From positions 1,798,001 to 1,862,000 of the forward strand of contig OZ024742.1 in NCBI GenBank assembly GCA_964016885.1: 64,000 nt of DNA, in the 5' to 3' direction. Shown here one piece after another: positions 46,700 to 60,740 of this stretch. The notes under the pieces are model-generated. The model was not told the DNA's origin, did no database searches, and worked only from the letters and a program-made list of their open reading frames with translations. Positions within the stretch are counted from its first letter, which is position 1, and each line of letters opens with the position of its first letter. The translations under genes were made by a program, and so were the position numbers. The DNA is from Eledone cirrhosa (lineage: Eukaryota).

Positions 46700-49641
46700 T
46701 TATCCAGAGCGGACACATCGACTGTCAATAGCACCCGGGGACTTGCTCCTGAAAATCACTAAAGCAATCGACCAGTGCTACCACTCCAGAGTCCAATACG
46801 AGAAAAAACGGCTCAAGCGAAAATATGAGTGGATCTTGTCGAAACGCCACAACGAGAACATCGACACTAACGAACAGACGGACCAGAACCACGTGGAAAA
46901 CAACAACTTAACAACCGCCACCGCCGCATCCACCAACACCGAGCCACACCTCAACGATGCGAGGCACCTGGTCACCGACCTAACCGGCACTCTCACGAGC
47001 GACGAGCTGAAACTCTTACACCTCGGATCCAAGTTCATCGTCTCACAACGTCTCGACGATAGACTCAAACTCAACATCGAGGCCAACTTTTGTCGAGCCG
47101 CTTACCAACTTAAATGGGTAACCGCCATCAACAGCGCCACAGAAAATAACAGCGCCCACGCAACCCACTCCAAGTTCCCCGACTTACCACCCCGACAACC
47201 CACTCCACCCCCACCACCAACCACGAACTCGACACTAAACTCATCAGGCTAAAACACTCCATCTCAGATATACTTCACAAACACACACACGCACAACACA
47301 TAACCTCACCAAATCTCAACTCACCACTCTCTCCAACCTAAAATCGAAGAACCTCATCTATCTCCCCTCCGACAAGGGAAAAGAATTCTGCGTCATCAGC
47401 AGAGAGGCCTACAACACCCTGGCCCTCCAACACCTTGACGATGACAACCTCTACTCCAAGGTCACGGGAATCACTCCCGCGCAGATAGAAGAGCACATCA
47501 ACGCCGCCTGGACCAACATCTGCGACCGGCGGAAGCTCCCGAAGAAGCTGAGATACAACCTCCTCACGAGGAACAGCAGACTACCCGCCTTCTACCACCT
47601 CGTGAAAACACACAAACAGGGACCCGACCTGAAGATCAGGCCCATCGTATCGAGCGTGGAGGGACCACTCTACAAAATTTCATGGCTCCTAGCCAGAATA
47701 CTCAAACCCATCTTAGACACCTTGCCGGGACACGTTAGCAGCTCCGAGGAGGTGTTGAAGCGCCTGCATCAAATGGATCCCGACACCAGAAGGAATAACA
47801 GATATGCCTTCAGCCTTGATGTAGTCGCTCTCTACACCTCGGTCCCGGCACTCCCGGCCGTCAATATACTGATGGAACGCGTCCAATCCACCGACCTACA
47901 CTGCTTCGGGCTCACCACCACTGACATCCACCAACTCCTATCCATCGTCGTCGACAACACCTACTTCGGAGTCCTCGACCAAACATACCAACAAACCTCG
48001 GGATTGCCCATGGGATCAAGCCTGTAGGGTGTGCTAGCGATCTCTTACATGGACAACCTCGAGCGCAAGGCACTCAACGCCTGCCACCCCAACGCCGTCG
48101 CCTTTTTCTCAAGGTACGTGGACGATATCCTCATCCTCACATCTTCCCAAGACACGGCGAACAGAATCTATGAGACGTTCAACAACACGGACGAGAACAT
48201 TGACTTCAGTGATGAACACCCCAACGAAGACGGGTCACTTGCCCTCCTCGACTTCCGAATCAACATCACGGAACAGGGAAGGATCCACTGCAACTTCTAC
48301 CGAAAGGCAGCCTGCAGGGACCTGTTCGTTCACTACAAGTCCGCCCTCCCTAACAGTGCCAAAAGAGGATACATCACGAACGAGATTGCGCGAATCAAAA
48401 ACAGATGCAGCGATCCCGCGTGTGGTGTCACTCATACCAAGCGATTCCTCGAGGTACTGGAGACGAACGAGTACCCTACCTCGCTCACAGACAGAGTGGG
48501 AGACACCAGACACAAGAGACAGAGAGGCACCCAAGGCCACACATGGGCGAGAATACCACCAACGCTATCCGCAAGGCTATAAGGAGGGAGGGCCTCGACA
48601 TCCACCTGGCCCACTCGGGCCCCTCCCTGCGAAGATGCCTCTCCAGGAAACCCGGGAAATCAACTGACGCATGCTCCCTCAGAGACTGCCCGATACGCCA
48701 TGCGAACTGTTGCCTACGCACATATGTCGTGTATAAGATAGAATGTCACAAGTGCAACCAATACTATATAAGTAGCACAATCCGACCTTTGCACATCCGG
48801 ATCAAGGAACACACTAAAACCAGGGCCCCGTCTTTCCGGAAACACATAGACAAATGCGGAAACAAAGACGGAAGGCCCATTGTCACAACTCTAGCGACTG
48901 AAAGAAACGTCGGCACGTTACGTATCAAGGAAGCACTTTTTATCAAACGCCTGGTACCACAAATAAACAATCGATCCGAGAGAAGCGAAATGAGGTGGTT
49001 GGTTTCAGTTAACAAACGATGCAGCAACACACGCACACACACAAGCGAGACAACTACACACGCACGCGCACACACACACAGTAGCATTCCACCATACGAA
49101 CATACTACACTGCCAATACAGAGGAACAAGGCAACAACACACGCACACACACACACACACACTCAAGCGAGACAACAACACACAGTAACATTTAACAAAC
49201 AGGCAGGGAATGGACTGACAGCTAGCGCCACCCCACTCCCACAATTGAAAGAACTACTTCGGCCGCTGACCTCTGCCCGACCGACCCCATTTCACGCGCA
49301 CGCGCGCTCTGCTGAATACCTCAGATATTCAAAACAACAAACAGCGGAGGACGCGTTTCGCACCTTTCCGACAGACAACCTCTCCCCCACCCCGGAAAAC
49401 CCCCCAGTTGATGGATGTGAATCCGAAATATATAGGGACAATTAAATCTCTCCCAAGGTAACTCTCTCTCGTGTTGTTATTTTTATTTTATACTTTATAC
49501 TCTTTCCTTCATTCCTCTACACGTCTTATACACGCCACGCATCTCAACGTACACCCACTTACATCTCTCTCTCCACCACCGGATCTTGTTACCCGGAGAT
49601 TTACCCATTTGCATTGTCGAGGCTTCCAAACGACTTAAAGA

Positions 49642-49645
<4 letters not shown>
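46700..49645 (+). mobile_element. Decayed Penelope-like retroelement (RT + C-terminal GIY-YIG), antisense within the GPCR intron
   Basis: PSDKG, KTHK..LKIRPIVS, FSLDVVALYTSVP, GLPMGSSL*, RYVDDIL, LALLDFRI, FYRK..VHYKSALP, VVYKIECHKC..YISST.RPL..RIKEH, LRIKEALFI. Stops and frameshifts present. Degenerate hammerhead at ~49402-49437, and the 3' end runs into (TA)n. Confidence 0.9.
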
Positions 49646-49673
<28 letters not shown>

Positions 49674-49755
49674 ACGAAGGAAATGTGGTAAGGAACCAGA
49701 TGGACCATAACGCACCAAAGTACTCAATACTTAGGGTAGTAGAGTGGGTAATAGG

Positions 49756-49865
49756 AACGAGTAGGACCCCGACGGCTGAGCTCAAGCCGTTTCGACGGCT
49801 AATTCTGGACGTCCAGAATTAGCCGTCGAAACGGCTTGAGCTCAGCCGTCGGGGTCCTACTCGTT
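49756..49865. repeat. Perfect 110-bp palindrome containing the 3' half of a hammerhead
   Basis: 55-bp arms around the centre GGAC|GTCC (49810/49811). Contains GAAA-CGGCT tgagctc AGCCG-TC. A non-palindromic copy lies at ~39616-39652. Confidence 0.95.
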
Positions 49866-49920
49866 ACTATATATATATTAGAATTGGCGCTCTGAAATAG
49901 CTATATATATATATATGAAT

Positions 49921-50461
49921 GTATATATAGTGTATTTTGCAATACACTGTATGCTTAATTAAAAGCATTTCGAAGACCTTATGCTATTGTTTTAGAGTAG
50001 TGACAGACTCACTTACTTTAAATTTTCAGCAAACAGGGGAGATAAAGCTGACAGAGCTATGTTTCATACGGATTGGTACTTATCAAAGCCAAGTACTCCA
50101 CCTGTTTGCTGAAAATCATGAATGTTTGATTCTTATAGAATTTTTAGTAATAATCAGGAACTGATTATACAGAGCGGTTGCCGGTCAAGCAAAAATCGAA
50201 AATTAGAATTGGCGCTCTGAAATAGCTATATATATATATGAATGTATATATAGTGTATTTTGAAATACACTGTATGCTTAATTAAAAGCATCTCGAAGAT
50301 AATTAAAAGCATGGCTACCAATCAGTACGAAACATAGCTCTGTCAGCTTTATCTCCCCTGTTTGCTGAAAATTTAAAGTAAGTGAGTCTGTCACTACTCT
50401 AAAACAATAGCATAAGGTCTTCGAAATGCTTTTAATTAAGCATACAGTGTATTGCAAAATA

Positions 50462-50470
<9 letters not shown>
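49921..50470. mobile_element. Fold-back element with ~155-bp inverted arms and a degenerate hammerhead
   Basis: 49921-50078 is inverted at ~50317-50470. Minus arm reads GCT-TTGATAA-GTAC..GTAT-GAAA-CATAGCTCTG-TC-AGC. A ~95-bp direct duplication lies at 49878/50203. Confidence 0.7.
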
Positions 50471-50554
<84 letters not shown>

Positions 50555-51110
50555 AGTGGAAGTTAGTAAAATCGAAGTTGAGGCGGTCGGCCAGCCTCTA
50601 CGAAAGAAACAATATTCGGAGCTTTGCGTGAAGCACTCAATAAGAAGGTATCGATAAATCACACCTTAGAGTAATAAAGATACGTTAAATAGCGTGCCAA
50701 ATTGCGCAATATGTAAGTTTGAAGCATTTTAAAACCGAAAAGCGGAGTCACGTTATCAACAGGTTTTCATTCCGTGCTTAGAACTCGGTGTGAAGGGTCA
50801 CCGTAAGTGACTGTAGTATCACACACTGCGATGCTGTCACGTGTCCATTCCAGTAAAGAGGAAGAAACACATCCGGGTTTTTAGCAGGCAAATTCGAAGT
50901 GTAAACTAAAGAATTGACTCCGTTCAACATCTACCAAATTAACCTCTCAATCAGGTTATTAAGCAAACACAAATAATTAATCAATCAATAAAATCAATTA
51001 ATATAATCAATTAATTAATTATTAAAGCTAGGAGAGAATAAGGCAAACAGAAATAACAAAACAAACAACACAGTACAGTATATGATAATACTTGATATAG
51101 TAGGAAAAGT

Positions 51111-51148
51111 ATCTTGACATTTCGGGCGCTACTCCTTCATCAGAAAAT
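51111..51148 (-). ncRNA. Minimal hammerhead ribozyme-like motif
   Basis: Reverse complement reads ATTTT-CTGATGA-AGG agtagcg CCC-GAAA-TG-TC-AAGAT, the form of minimal PLE hammerheads with almost no stem III. Confidence 0.55.
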
Positions 51149-51856
51149 AGAACGGGAAATTAAAGAAGAAATAGAAAGATTGAAGAGAGTGGGTAGTGGT
51201 TAACAGAGGAGATAGTACTGTCTGTTTCTTCTTGTCTTTGTCTTATGCGCCTCCTGTCTTTAAAAAATATATATCATTATTAAGGCCAGTTACTACAACA
51301 GCACAACACCAGGTACGTACGTTTCGTTAGCCCTGAGGACCAACTTGTTCAACCAGTGCAAAATATATGTTTCCTTGTTTTCTTTCTTTTTTTGTTCCCT
51401 TTAATAGTGTGTTTTGTATTTGTATTTGTAACAGCTTTGTAAAATAAGATAAATTACATTAATACGCGCTGTATGTAGGACATTAATACGCGCTGCATGT
51501 AGGACATTGTGTTTCATTAGAAATATGGTAAGGAAAGGGTTAAATCGTTTGAGGCTCATTGACAAAGACTAAAGTGCAGAGGTGGATTCAATATAAACTA
51601 CTTGACTATATAACTGTATAATCTTAGTCATTTGACCCATCATAACCTTTGACCTTTCAGGTCATTAAATTGCGGTGTCTGTTTAAAAAGCCGAAATAAC
51701 TTCAATCATATTAATAGAATCTCATTGGTTGGGACATGGAGGAAAATGTGTCACTCACCAAGTTCAATGGATTGGAGAGCTGTTGTTACTGTTACTGTTG
51801 TTGTTGTTTAACTAATTGTTATAGTACACCTTAATTATTTGTCCACACACACACAC

Positions 51857-51965
<109 letters not shown>

Positions 51966-51983
51966 GACTTTATGAGTTAGCCA

Positions 51984-52112
51984 GCGGACTGCCGTGATGA
52001 TATATACATGGAGCATAGATATACACACGGACTGCCGTGATGATATATACATGGAGCATAGATATACACACGGACTGCCGTGATGATATATACATGGAGC
52101 ATAGATATACAC
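51984..52112. repeat. 43-bp tandem repeat x3
   Basis: CGGACTGCCGTGATGATATATACATGGAGCATAGATATACACA. Confidence 0.9.
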
Positions 52113-52319
52113 ATGATGGCTGCAAACCTCTGCTAGGAATATTGCAATCGCTTGTCAGATTAGAGTTTGGTGCATATTTAGGCTACGGCCAGTCACACGA
52201 ACCTGTAACATATCCTGAACAAGCAATGCCTGTGCTTTGAAGGTTTTTAAGTGGGGAAAACACTTGCACGCGACCAATCCCACTCTCTGAGCATTGACAA
52301 CACTACCCGAAAAGGAGAA

Positions 52320-52623
52320 CTGGTCAACATCATCGGATGCTTTCGAAGCCGCAGGTCTTTTTTTTTACCCAGAGTTTCCCTCTCCTAGAAAGGTGTTTGA
52401 CAACAACTGGGGGCTTTTCACTCCCAGGTGAAAAAAATAACAAAGGAACTACTATTTGGATGGCCGTTGACCCTGCTGAGTTCCACAGCCCTTTGCCGGG
52501 CCAAATATCACCCTCCACACCAAGCTAGCTTGGTGGGGTTGCCGGTTTAGTCGCCGACGAGCCGACCATGAGACAGGTTCTACTAGGTTACATGTTACCA
52601 GAAGCACTCGAGAGCGACCTGAC
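52320..52623 (-). mobile_element. Interspersed repeat, probably derived from an RTE 5' UTR (copy 1)
   Basis: Similar to 59965-60265. Reverse complement has CTAGGAGAGGGAAACTCT and GGCGACTAAACCGGCAACCCCACC, resembling RTE 5' UTRs from memory. Confidence 0.5.
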
Positions 52624-52662
52624 ATACACATATATACACACACACATGCGCGCGCACTCACG

Positions 52663-52712
<50 letters not shown>

Positions 52713-52850
52713 AATCTTCATTGAGAAGGTCACAGAATGTGTGACGAAAATACTTTGACGAACTAAGTGAAACTCAAATAATGTGAGTATTTATTGGCAA
52801 CATGGCCATCTCCAAATATAAACACAATATATGTGTATGTATATATGTGT

Positions 52851-52898
<48 letters not shown>

Positions 52899-53179
52899 GA
52901 GTCGGGCTAGATCGATACAGATCGAACCTCGAACTGATCAATAGCGAAACGCGCGTCACCAACCAATAAACGCAATGAAGGAGTAACCATTCGTCCTTAT
53001 ATTATTATAATAACTCTGTCTAGCTCTACACCTCGCTACTGACGTGAACCTAGACATCGAATGCTCACCAGGGTGAACCTACAGTAACTCCGCGTTATAC
53101 TCCCTCGATATATATATATATATATAGTTAAAGAAAGAAGAGTAACATGGTTGGCTGTACAATAAGGGCTTTATTTAAA

Positions 53180-53403
<224 letters not shown>

Positions 53404-53442
53404 ATTGTTATATATATATATATGTATAAATATATATATATA

Positions 53443-54256
53443 CACAGTTCAAGAGTAACCAATCTTAAAGAGAGAGATGGAGATAGGAGAGGAGAAGAGA
53501 GATTGGTGAATTAGTTAGAAGCCAAAGCGTAAATGCATGTGCTCAATGTGCAATATGCAGTGGAAGGCAGCTAGGTGGCTGGGTTCATGCAGAGGTTAGG
53601 TGCACAGAGCTGGAAAAATTTATTAGACCACAAATTTCACAAAGAAGACATTATTAAAATATTATCAACATAGTTTTAGTTTAATGTAAGGAATGTAGAG
53701 AATAATAATAATAATAATATTAATAACAATAATGTCCGTTTACAATTGTTTCGCTACTCCATATAATGTTTCTGGATCAAATGATTATAGATCATTATTG
53801 ATCTGGTTCAGTTGAAAATAATTAACTTAGGTACAATTAGGTACATCTTGTTACCCATACGCAGATCTCACGCAATGCAGCCTCGACAGAAGAATACTGC
53901 TCGACTATGGCAGACAATAGATATACCCAGGACACCATAGTGAAATACCAATATATGGAACATTACATTCATCTAACATTCTTTTTTTATTTTAATTTAT
54001 ATTCCCTTTGAAGTTCCGATGAGCTGCTCTAATTGTACCTAAGTTAATTATTTTCAACTGAAGCAGATCAATAATGATCTATAATCATTTGTTCCAGAAA
54101 CATTATATGGAGTAGCGAAACAATTGTAAACGGACATTATTAGTATTATTACTATTATTATTATTATTGTCTACATTCCTTACATTAAACTAAAACTATG
54201 TTGACAATCTTTTAATAATGTCTTCCTTGTGAAATTTGTGGTCTTGTTTTGCTTAA

Positions 54257-54258
<2 letters not shown>
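53443..54258. mobile_element. Fold-back element family F (copy 2)
   Basis: Same left end as 40793. Inverted arms at ~53626-53843 and ~54033-54245, with a different turn point from copy 1. Confidence 0.8.
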
Positions 54259-54290
<32 letters not shown>

Positions 54291-54294
<4 letters not shown>

Positions 54295-54852
54295 GACGTA
54301 AAATAAGAAAATTATAAAAATTAACTTACTTACTAAAATTTCACTACAACATATTAGTTTCTGAAAGGGAATAATATGGTTTCCCAAGAAACGCACAGAG
54401 AAATCCTTTCGTCATCAGGGAGGTCTATTCTCAGCTAAGTTCCCAGGCAATGCGTGGACACCGGGAACTTATACAAAAATAATTCAGTGGATGGAAAAAA
54501 GCAAAGCGTGGATTAAGTTCCAAGACATTGAAAAAATCACTGCCTACTCGGTCGGTGGCAAATTCAAAAGAATCAATCACGTGACATCGAGGTTAATCAG
54601 TGAGGAGTGGTGTGTTAAGAAGACAGCAGCCGAACCATTACTATGAACTATAGTAGCAGTTTTGGCAAATTTTTGCTCAACAAAATAATTTGGAGATAAA
54701 TTATAAAGAATTAGTATATCTACTAACATATATATACAGATGCATACCTATGCTAGCAAATATATAGGTTTTGTCTTAGTAACTTTGTGGTTCAATGCAA
54801 GGGGATGCAGAACAATTATATGAAAGACGTAAAATAAGAAAATTATAAAAAT

Positions 54853-54855
<3 letters not shown>
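54291..54855 (-). mobile_element. ~530-nt terminally redundant non-coding element (family R, copy 1)
   Basis: GAAAGACGTAAAATAAGAAAATTATAAAAATTAA at both 54291 and 54822. Flanked by (TA)n. Reverse complement of 55291-55937. Confidence 0.8.
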
Positions 54856-54923
<68 letters not shown>

Positions 54924-55243
54924 AGATCCAGGACCCTCACGGCTGAACACCGGCCGTTTCGACATACGTACAGGCAAAATATGATATGCGTACACACATA
55001 ATAAGATATATATGGATTTTATCATGTGGTTTGAACATGTGTGTGTAATTTAACATATGTGCTTCTATAAGTGATTGCTCACACGAGGATAGACGTGGGT
55101 GTGGACATTTTGTTTTTGTGTCTATATGAGGGAGTGTGTATGAGGGCATATATGTGTGTGAGTGTGTTTTTGCGTTTGCAGGCCAATATCTGGTACCTTT
55201 ATAAACACACACGAGATCCCTGTGAATACACACATACACACAC

Positions 55244-55282
<39 letters not shown>

Positions 55283-55290
55283 TGAAAGAC

Positions 55291-55932
55291 TTTCATATAA
55301 TTGTTCTGCATCCCCTTACATTGGACCACAAAGTTACTAAGACAAAACCTATATATTGCTACCATAGGTATGCATCTGTATATATATGTTAGTAGATATA
55401 CTAATTCTTTATAATTATCTCCAAATTATTTTGTTGAGCAAACATTTGCCAAAACTGCTACTATAGTTCATAGTAATGGTTCGGCTACTGTCTTTTTAAC
55501 ACCCTACTCCTCACTGATTAACCTCGATGTCACGTGATTCATTCTTTTGAATTTGCCACCGACCAAGTAGGCAGTGAATTTTTCAATGTCTTGGAATTTA
55601 GTCCACGCTTGCTTTTTTCCATCCACTGAATTATTTTTGTATAAGTTCCCTGTGTCCACGCATCGCCTGGGAACTTAGCTGAGAACAGAATTCCTGATGA
55701 CGAAAGGTTTTCTCCATGCGTTCCATTCGGAAACCATGTTTATTCCCTTTCAGAAACTAATTAGTTGGAGTGAAATTTTAGTAAGTTAATTTTTATAATT
55801 TTCTTATTTTACGTCTTTCATATAATTGTTCTGCATCCCCTTGCATTGAACCACAAAGTTACTAAGACAAAACCTATATATTTGCTAGCATAGGTATGCA
55901 TCTGTATATATATGTTGGTAGATATACTAATT

Positions 55933-55937
<5 letters not shown>
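55291..55937 (+). mobile_element. ~525-nt terminally redundant non-coding element (family R, copy 2) with hammerhead-like core
   Basis: The first ~120 nt are repeated at 55816-55937. CTGATGA(55694)-CGAAAGG...CCATTCG-GAAA-CCATG-TT. Flanked by (TA)n. Confidence 0.8.
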
Positions 55938-55999
<62 letters not shown>

Positions 56000-56244
56000 T
56001 GTTTGTGTGAATGAGTATATCCATTTATAGCTTTGTACCAATCTAGGTCCTGCGGGGTATATATTTTAACCGACGTATAAATACACACACACACACATAC
56101 GCACACATGTGTAAGTTCCATCAATACAGCTTTGTTTCTGTGTTACAGACCAACACCTTCTTTATAAAGAGAATTCAGAGTTAAAAACAACATATCACAT
56201 AACGTGTGTATCTATATGACTCTATATATCTTTTTATATATATA

Positions 56245-56335
<91 letters not shown>

Positions 56336-56769
56336 ACAGTATTTTCCGTAGTGTTGTAATATAAATATTACACACAGTAGATGGACAGCTCACGTAGAGT
56401 TTGCTCGACGGTTCCAGTTGTAGTTCCAAAAGTAATCCGGAGAAAAATAGAAGGATTTGAATGGATACAGTTTAGTTAAAAGGAATTTATTGACACGATT
56501 CCCATCTGTTGTTTTGACATTTTTATAGAATATATTATTACAAAACCAACCACGCATATCTATGCTATCTCTAATCCTTCTATAGATTTAGAAAAATAAC
56601 CAATAATATATTCTATAAAAATGTCAAAACAACAGATGGGAATCTAATTACTCACTGCCACCAAAAATTCTCACTGCTATCAAAAAACCACGCCCTCAAC
56701 TATTCTTCTAACAACTTCACCCCTCCCTCCTAATATTCTTTATAAAAACCAAACAGGTCCTCAGTAAAA

Positions 56770-56890
56770 TTATTCCGATGAAATGACAGTTGATAATAAC
56801 ATTGAAATATTGAATGTCTGCATAACTAATACTTTGTAGATAGCAGCTGTTTTCAGGTTATGTAACTGTTATAGAAACACGTGTCAATAA
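56770..56890 (+). ncRNA. Hammerhead-like motif with ~90-nt stem II and palindromic stem III
   Basis: TTATT-CCGATGA-A ATGACAGTT...AACTGTTAT A-GAAA-CACGTG-TC-AATAA. The core has U4 changed to C. Confidence 0.6.
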
Positions 56891-56922
56891 ATTCCTTTTA
56901 ACTAAACTGTATCCATTCAAAT

Positions 56923-56982
<60 letters not shown>

Positions 56983-57058
56983 TAAATCATGTCCTTAGAA
57001 TTATTAGATAAAATATATACTATATATATAATATATAATAATAATAATAACAATATAT

Positions 57059-57127
<69 letters not shown>

Positions 57128-57131
57128 GCTC

Positions 57132-57238
57132 GCTCTGATGAATTAACTGGTTATAAACAAAGTATTGGAGTTCGATTGACGCAACATCTAGCGATTAGCG
57201 AACTCTAGATCTACCAGATCAAAGAAACAATTGTCAGC
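57132..57238 (+). ncRNA. Hammerhead-like motif with ~80-nt stem II and palindromic stem III
   Basis: GCT-CTGATGA-ATTAACTGGT...(GAGTTCG..CGAACTC)...ACCAGATCAAA-GAAA-CAATTG-TC-AGC. Starts right after (TA)n. Confidence 0.65.
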
Positions 57239-57823
57239 CCTTATTGTAGAGACAACCATGTTACTCTTATCTCTTGAATTATTATTACTTCAAGTATAAC
57301 CTACATAGAAATCACCGCGAACTCGCTGCATCACTATGGAAGCGTGTTGAGTCAAACTAAGCCATACGTTAATACCATCCACAACACAGAGTACTCTAAC
57401 TGGACTACCTCTAAGTGGATTGCCTATAACGATAACTTGTTATCCCGTATATATAATAAAGATAAGATTTTAGCTTTGCTTGATGAACACGTCTGAAGAG
57501 TAGATCGGGTTAGAGTCAGGTCTATAGTGTTTATAGAGATCCTGAGCCACCCATCTGTGAAACGGTCGTAACTGTGGATAATCAATAAAGACCTGAATGT
57601 GAAACCTTGCTTTAGTTTCAATATATACACCCTGCCATAGCATAAACTGTTGATATTGGTACTGGCCTCAGTAAACCACCAATCTACTCACTTGTGATGC
57701 TATATGGCCAATGCTGTCGATCGTTTTACTGGTCTCACACTATTTAACTCTTGTGTTTACTCTGGACGGTAATGTATTAACATACCGCTTTATTGATACA
57801 CACACACACACACCACACACATG

Positions 57824-57876
<53 letters not shown>

Positions 57877-58111
57877 AAACATACACATCAGCACAACCAA
57901 ATATAAAAACACACACACATTTATGTACAGACAAGTAGCAAAGCATATGCGCGCGCGCGCACACACACACACACACTCAGATGCACTCACTCACACACAC
58001 ACACCACAGACTGAGGCTTAGCAAGCCTAGAATTGGGACAAACTGGCGAAATGTTTCCAAATGTTATCAGTTTACAGTTATTTGGAAATGTCAAGGAGAT
58101 CCAACTGAAGG

Positions 58112-59657
58112 ACACACACACACACACGTACATACCTACACATACACACACACGTACATACCTACACATACACACACACGTATATACCTACACATACACA
58201 CACACGTATATACCTACACACACACACACACGTGCATACCTACACATACACACACGCGTATATACCTACACATACACACACACGTATATACCTACACACA
58301 CACACACGCGTACATACCTACACATACACACACGCGTATATACCTACACATACACACACACGTATATACCTACACACACACACGTACATACCTACACATA
58401 CACACACACGTATATACCTACACATACACACACACGTATATACCTACACACACACACATACGCACGTACATACCTACACATACACACACACGTACATACC
58501 TACACATACACACACACGTACATACCTACACACACACACACACACGTACATACCTACACACACACACACACACGTACATACCTACACATACACACACACG
58601 TATATACCTACACACACACACACACACGTACATACCTACACATACACACACACGTATATACCTACACATACACACACACGTATATATCTACACACACACA
58701 CACACACGTACATACCTACACATACACACACACGTACATACCTATACATACACACACACGTATATACCTACACATACACACACACGTATATACCTACACA
58801 CACACACACACGTACATACCTACACACACACACACACGTACATACCTACACACACACACGCGTACATACCTACACACACACACACGTACATACCTACACA
58901 CACACACACACACGTACATACCCACACACACACACACACACGTACATACCTACACATACACACACACGTATATACCTACACACACACACACACGTACATA
59001 CCTACACACATACACACACGTACATACCTACACACGCATACACACGTACATACCTACACATACACACACACGTACATACCTACACATACACACACACGTA
59101 CATACCTACACACACACACACGTACATACCTACACACACACACGTACATACCTACACACATACACACACGTACATACCTACACACGCATACACACGTACA
59201 TACCTACACATACACACACACGTACATACCTACACATACACACACACGTACATACCTACACACATACACACACGTACATACCTACACACGCATACACACG
59301 TACATACCTACACATACACACACACGTACATACCTACACATACACACACACGTACATACCTACACATACACACACACGTACATACCTACACACACACACA
59401 CACGCACATACCTACACACATACACACACACGTACATACCTACACATACACACACATACACACACATACACACACTTACATATACACACACACGCACATA
59501 CCTACACATACACACAATACACACACACTTACACATACACTCACACATATACTCATACATATACACACACATACACTCCATATACATACACATGCACACA
59601 CACTCACATATATATACACACATGTACATACATACACATACACATATATATATATAT
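58112..59657. repeat. ~26-bp CA-rich minisatellite CACACACACGTACATACCTACACATA
   Basis: Tandem copies. The HTHTY ORFs are artefacts. Confidence 0.95.
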
Positions 59658-59964
59658 GGTGGCTGCCAACTCGTTTTCGAGTACGGCCACTACTTTATAT
59701 CCATGTAGGAGGACCCCTACTGATGCACTGAACGAGTGTGACTTTTTAGTCCAGCCAGCGACTTGAAAACTCTGGTACAAACACTACACTTGTGACAATT
59801 ACTGACACATAGTGCTGGGCCCATGGTACCATGTGACGACAAGTGCAGAGAGATCTCCAGATATAAAGCAATGCCTGTGCCGTGAAGCTTTTATAGTGAG
59901 CAAAGGCACTGCACAAAGCCAGTCCCACTCTCTTAACCAAGATGATATTTACCAAAAAGAAGAA

Positions 59965-60265
59965 CAAGTCAACATCATTGGATACCATCAGGGTTGCAGG
60001 TGTTATATCAGAGTTTCCCCTCTTCTAGAATTCTGCCTTGACAAAGGCTAAGGGGTTATCTCTCCCGGTGATTTTGGATGGCCATTGACTCTTAAGAGCT
60101 CCTTTGCCCTTTGACAGGTTTTGTTTTTAGTCCTGCAGGATGTCCAAAGTCACCCTCCTCACCAAGAAACCTTGGTGGGGTTGCCAGTTTAGTCGCCAAC
60201 GACCCGACCATGGGACAGGTTGTACTGGGATACATGTTACCAGTAACACCAACTGGTGACCTGAC
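59965..60265 (-). mobile_element. Interspersed repeat, probably derived from an RTE 5' UTR (copy 2)
   Basis: Diverged homolog of 52320-52623. Confidence 0.5.
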
Positions 60266-60483
60266 ATATATATATATACACACATACTTACATACATACA
60301 CATATATACTTACACTCCATATATACAAACATACACACACACACACAGACACATTCACGCATACACTCACATACACTCTCTCACACACAAAAGGTTGGTC
60401 GTCCTTTCTATTACATATCTGTATCTGATGAACATCATAGAGGGGGGGGGGGGGTGAAACAACAACAACAACAACAGCAATAT

Positions 60484-60740
60484 AATTATTTCTACTTTTG
60501 GCACAAGGCCAGCAATTATCCCAATGAATTACTGGTACTTTATTTTATCAACACCTTAAGGATGAAAGGCAAAGTTAACCTCAGCATCTAATTTAGGCAC
60601 CAGGCCAGTAGTTCAGAGGAGGGGGCGGGGGAGGTGGAAGCCGATTATATCGCTCACCAGGATATTACTGGTACTTTATTTTATTGACGCGTGAAAGATG
60701 AAAAGCAAACTCAACCTTGGCAGGACTTGATCTGAGAACT
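60484..60740 (-). mobile_element. Two adjacent fragments of SINE S1-related elements
   Basis: GGCACAAGGCCAGCAATT...ACTGGTACTTTATTTTAT...GGATGAAAGGCAAAGTTAACCTC is the reverse complement of S1. A second diverged piece lies at ~60665-60740. Confidence 0.75.

Noticed and set aside
57981-59766. ~575-aa His/Thr-rich ORFs
   Set aside because: CA-rich minisatellite open in all three frames.
60424-60445. CTGATGA motif
   Set aside because: No stem II, GAAA and stem III arrangement follows; treated as a chance match.
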